This document shows, in pieces, positions 62,730-64,000 of a stretch of 64,000 nucleotides of DNA (position 1 is the first letter of the stretch; each line of letters begins with the position of its first letter). The notes beneath the pieces were generated by a model. It was not told where the DNA came from and made no database searches. It saw nothing but the letters and a program-made list of their open reading frames with translations. Source of the DNA: Pyrinomonadaceae bacterium (GTDB taxonomy: Bacteria; Acidobacteriota; Blastocatellia; Pyrinomonadales; Pyrinomonadaceae). Made by a program: the position numbers and the translations under genes. The stretch covers positions 2,951 through 66,950 of the forward strand of contig DASVXV010000163.1 of NCBI GenBank assembly GCA_036392495.1, given 5' to 3'.

Positions 62730-62903
62730 TCACCGCGCGCGACGCCCGCGCTTCCAGGTCTCTTTGAGATTAACGTGCTTCTCTTCGCGCGCCAGGCAAG
62801 ACCAGCAGATGTATTGCGGTGTATTGTCCGGCCCGACAAACTTGATTAAGCGCTCCGTCTCCTCGTCGCACCTCTCGCAGCGATTGACTGTCTCTTCCGT
62901 CAT
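62730..62903 (-). CDS. small zinc-ribbon-like protein (57 aa), below the ORF-track size cut-off
   Basis: ATG at 62903 after AGGGGGAAG. MTEETVNRCERCDEE...YICWSCLAREEK has CxxC...CxxC. Confidence 0.5.
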   Translation of the reverse strand: MTEETVNRCERCDEETERLIKFVGPDNTPQYICWSCLAREEKHVNLKETWKRGRRAR

Positions 62904-63183
62904 CAGTACTTCCCCCTAAATCCTTTAATCAGCTCGGGGCCGTAATTATAGAGCCATTCTCGCATAAGCGAAGGCGATTGGCGGACAAATCGTGCTGGCA
63001 TGGCAGAGACTGTTGCCCATTTTTGGCCTTCCATAGACTCTCCCCCTGCGAGTATAATGGGGCGCTTGATAGCCGGATGCATCCGCGATTAGCTGGTTGG
63101 CATCTCAATGTTTGCTCACTCGCCCAGGGTAGAAAGGCCAGGCGGGTTTCGAGTTTCAGGAACTAACAAAGGACTATCCCCTT

Positions 63184-63921
63184 ATGAACGAATTTCAATC
63201 TCAAAATCAACGCTATTCACAGCCTCCAACATGGTCGGAGCAGGGCGGGTGGGGCGGCATGCTGGCGCGCACAGCGGCAGAGGCGAGCCTCCCGGAGCGT
63301 CTGGCCTTTATCAGAAAGGTCTATGCGCTCTTTTTCGCGGCGACGCTCTTTGCTATCGGCGGCGTCCTGCTCGGCTTCGCTAACGAGGGCCTGATGCGCT
63401 TCGCTCTTGAGCATCCCATCATCATGCTGCTGCTGATGATCGGAGGCGTGATGGGTGCGACTGCCGTGCGCCACAAGCCCGGCATTAATCTGGTCGCGCT
63501 CTTCGGTTTCACGACGCTGACGGGCGTCATCATCTCGCCGCTGCTCTGGATCATCTCACTGTATAATCCCGCTTCGATTATTCAGGCGGGCGTGCTGACG
63601 GTGGGCATCTTCGGCGCGTTGACCGCTTACGTGTTCATCTCGAAAAAAGATTTCAGCTTCCTGCGCGGGCTGCTGGTGACGGGATTGGTCATCGTCATCC
63701 TGGCGGGCCTCCTGAACATGCTGATTATCGGTTCGAGCGCGCTCTACTTCGCGGGAGCGGTGGCGACGCTGCTGCTCTTCTCGGGTTTCGTGCTCTATGA
63801 CACCTCGAACATCATCCGGCGCTACCCGACCAACGAATACGTTTCGGGCGCGCTGTCGCTCTACCTGGATGCCTTCAACATCTTCCTAGCGCTGCTGCGA
63901 ATCTTGAACAGCCGCGATTAA
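63184..63921 (+). CDS. Bax inhibitor-1/YccA family membrane protein
   Basis: 7 TM segments, FIRKVYALF..., C-terminal LYLDAFNIFLALLRIL. Confidence 0.88.
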   Translation: MNEFQSQNQRYSQPPTWSEQGGWGGMLARTAAEASLPERLAFIRKVYALFFAATLFAIGGVLLGFANEGLMRFALEHPIIMLLLMIGGVMGATAVRHKPGINLVALFGFTTLTGVIISPLLWIISLYNPASIIQAGVLTVGIFGALTAYVFISKKDFSFLRGLLVTGLVIVILAGLLNMLIIGSSALYFAGAVATLLLFSGFVLYDTSNIIRRYPTNEYVSGALSLYLDAFNIFLALLRILNSRD

Positions 63922-63941
63922 GTAGCGCAATATGACAGTAG

Positions 63942-63961
63942 CCCAGGGCGTAAGCCCTGGG
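63942..63961. repeat. REP-like hairpin CCCAGGG-N6-CCCTGGG
   Basis: Same hairpin module as at 36700-36718 and 36836-36854. Confidence 0.7.
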
Positions 63962-64000
63962 TCATGAGCGCCAACAAAGCATTCAAGCCCCGGATGGGCG

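Overview
GC-rich bacterial chromosomal window (GC judged by eye, not computed; phylum not determinable from this window). I call about 66 protein genes and one tRNA-Ser(GCU). There are no rRNA genes, CRISPR array, transposase or integrase. Recognisable blocks: tlyA/nadK, dxs, a divergent arsR / arsI-aquaporin-arsC arsenic locus, gltX, hutI, ybaB-recR, pstSCAB-phoU-phoB, ettA, and many peptidases (S9, S41, M28, M49-like, S51). Many long ORFs in the track are antisense artefacts of the high GC; the 1005-aa ORF at 46173..49190 is really the 561-aa ettA. The unusual content is mostly non-coding. (1) More than 20 intergenic hairpins have stems built from tandem 7-nt units; several sequence families share a T-rich loop motif. 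They fill every gap of the pst cluster and often abut start codons. (2) One such inverted-repeat pair encloses an AT-rich four-helix-bundle (23S-IVS-protein family) gene that splits ybaB from recR. Another pair, 23 bp and perfect, encloses a 2.2-kb segment, and one hairpin is nested in another's loop. (3) An ORF-free interval carries a near-consensus promoter, an intrinsic terminator and UUCG/GNRA-capped helices, all on the minus strand; this is a candidate ~520-nt structured RNA. (4) A second promoter-to-terminator unit of ~220 nt contains a 13-nt perfect complement of the 16S rRNA 3' end. (5) Unusual proteins include a cytoplasmic trypsin-like protease fused to an S1/P1-nuclease-like domain, a GltP-type transporter with a ~270-aa extracytoplasmic insertion, and an orphan Sak4/AAA_24-like ATPase. 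(6) Also present: a MITE-like nested palindrome with a 7-bp target duplication, and a second two-hairpin REP-like repeat family.
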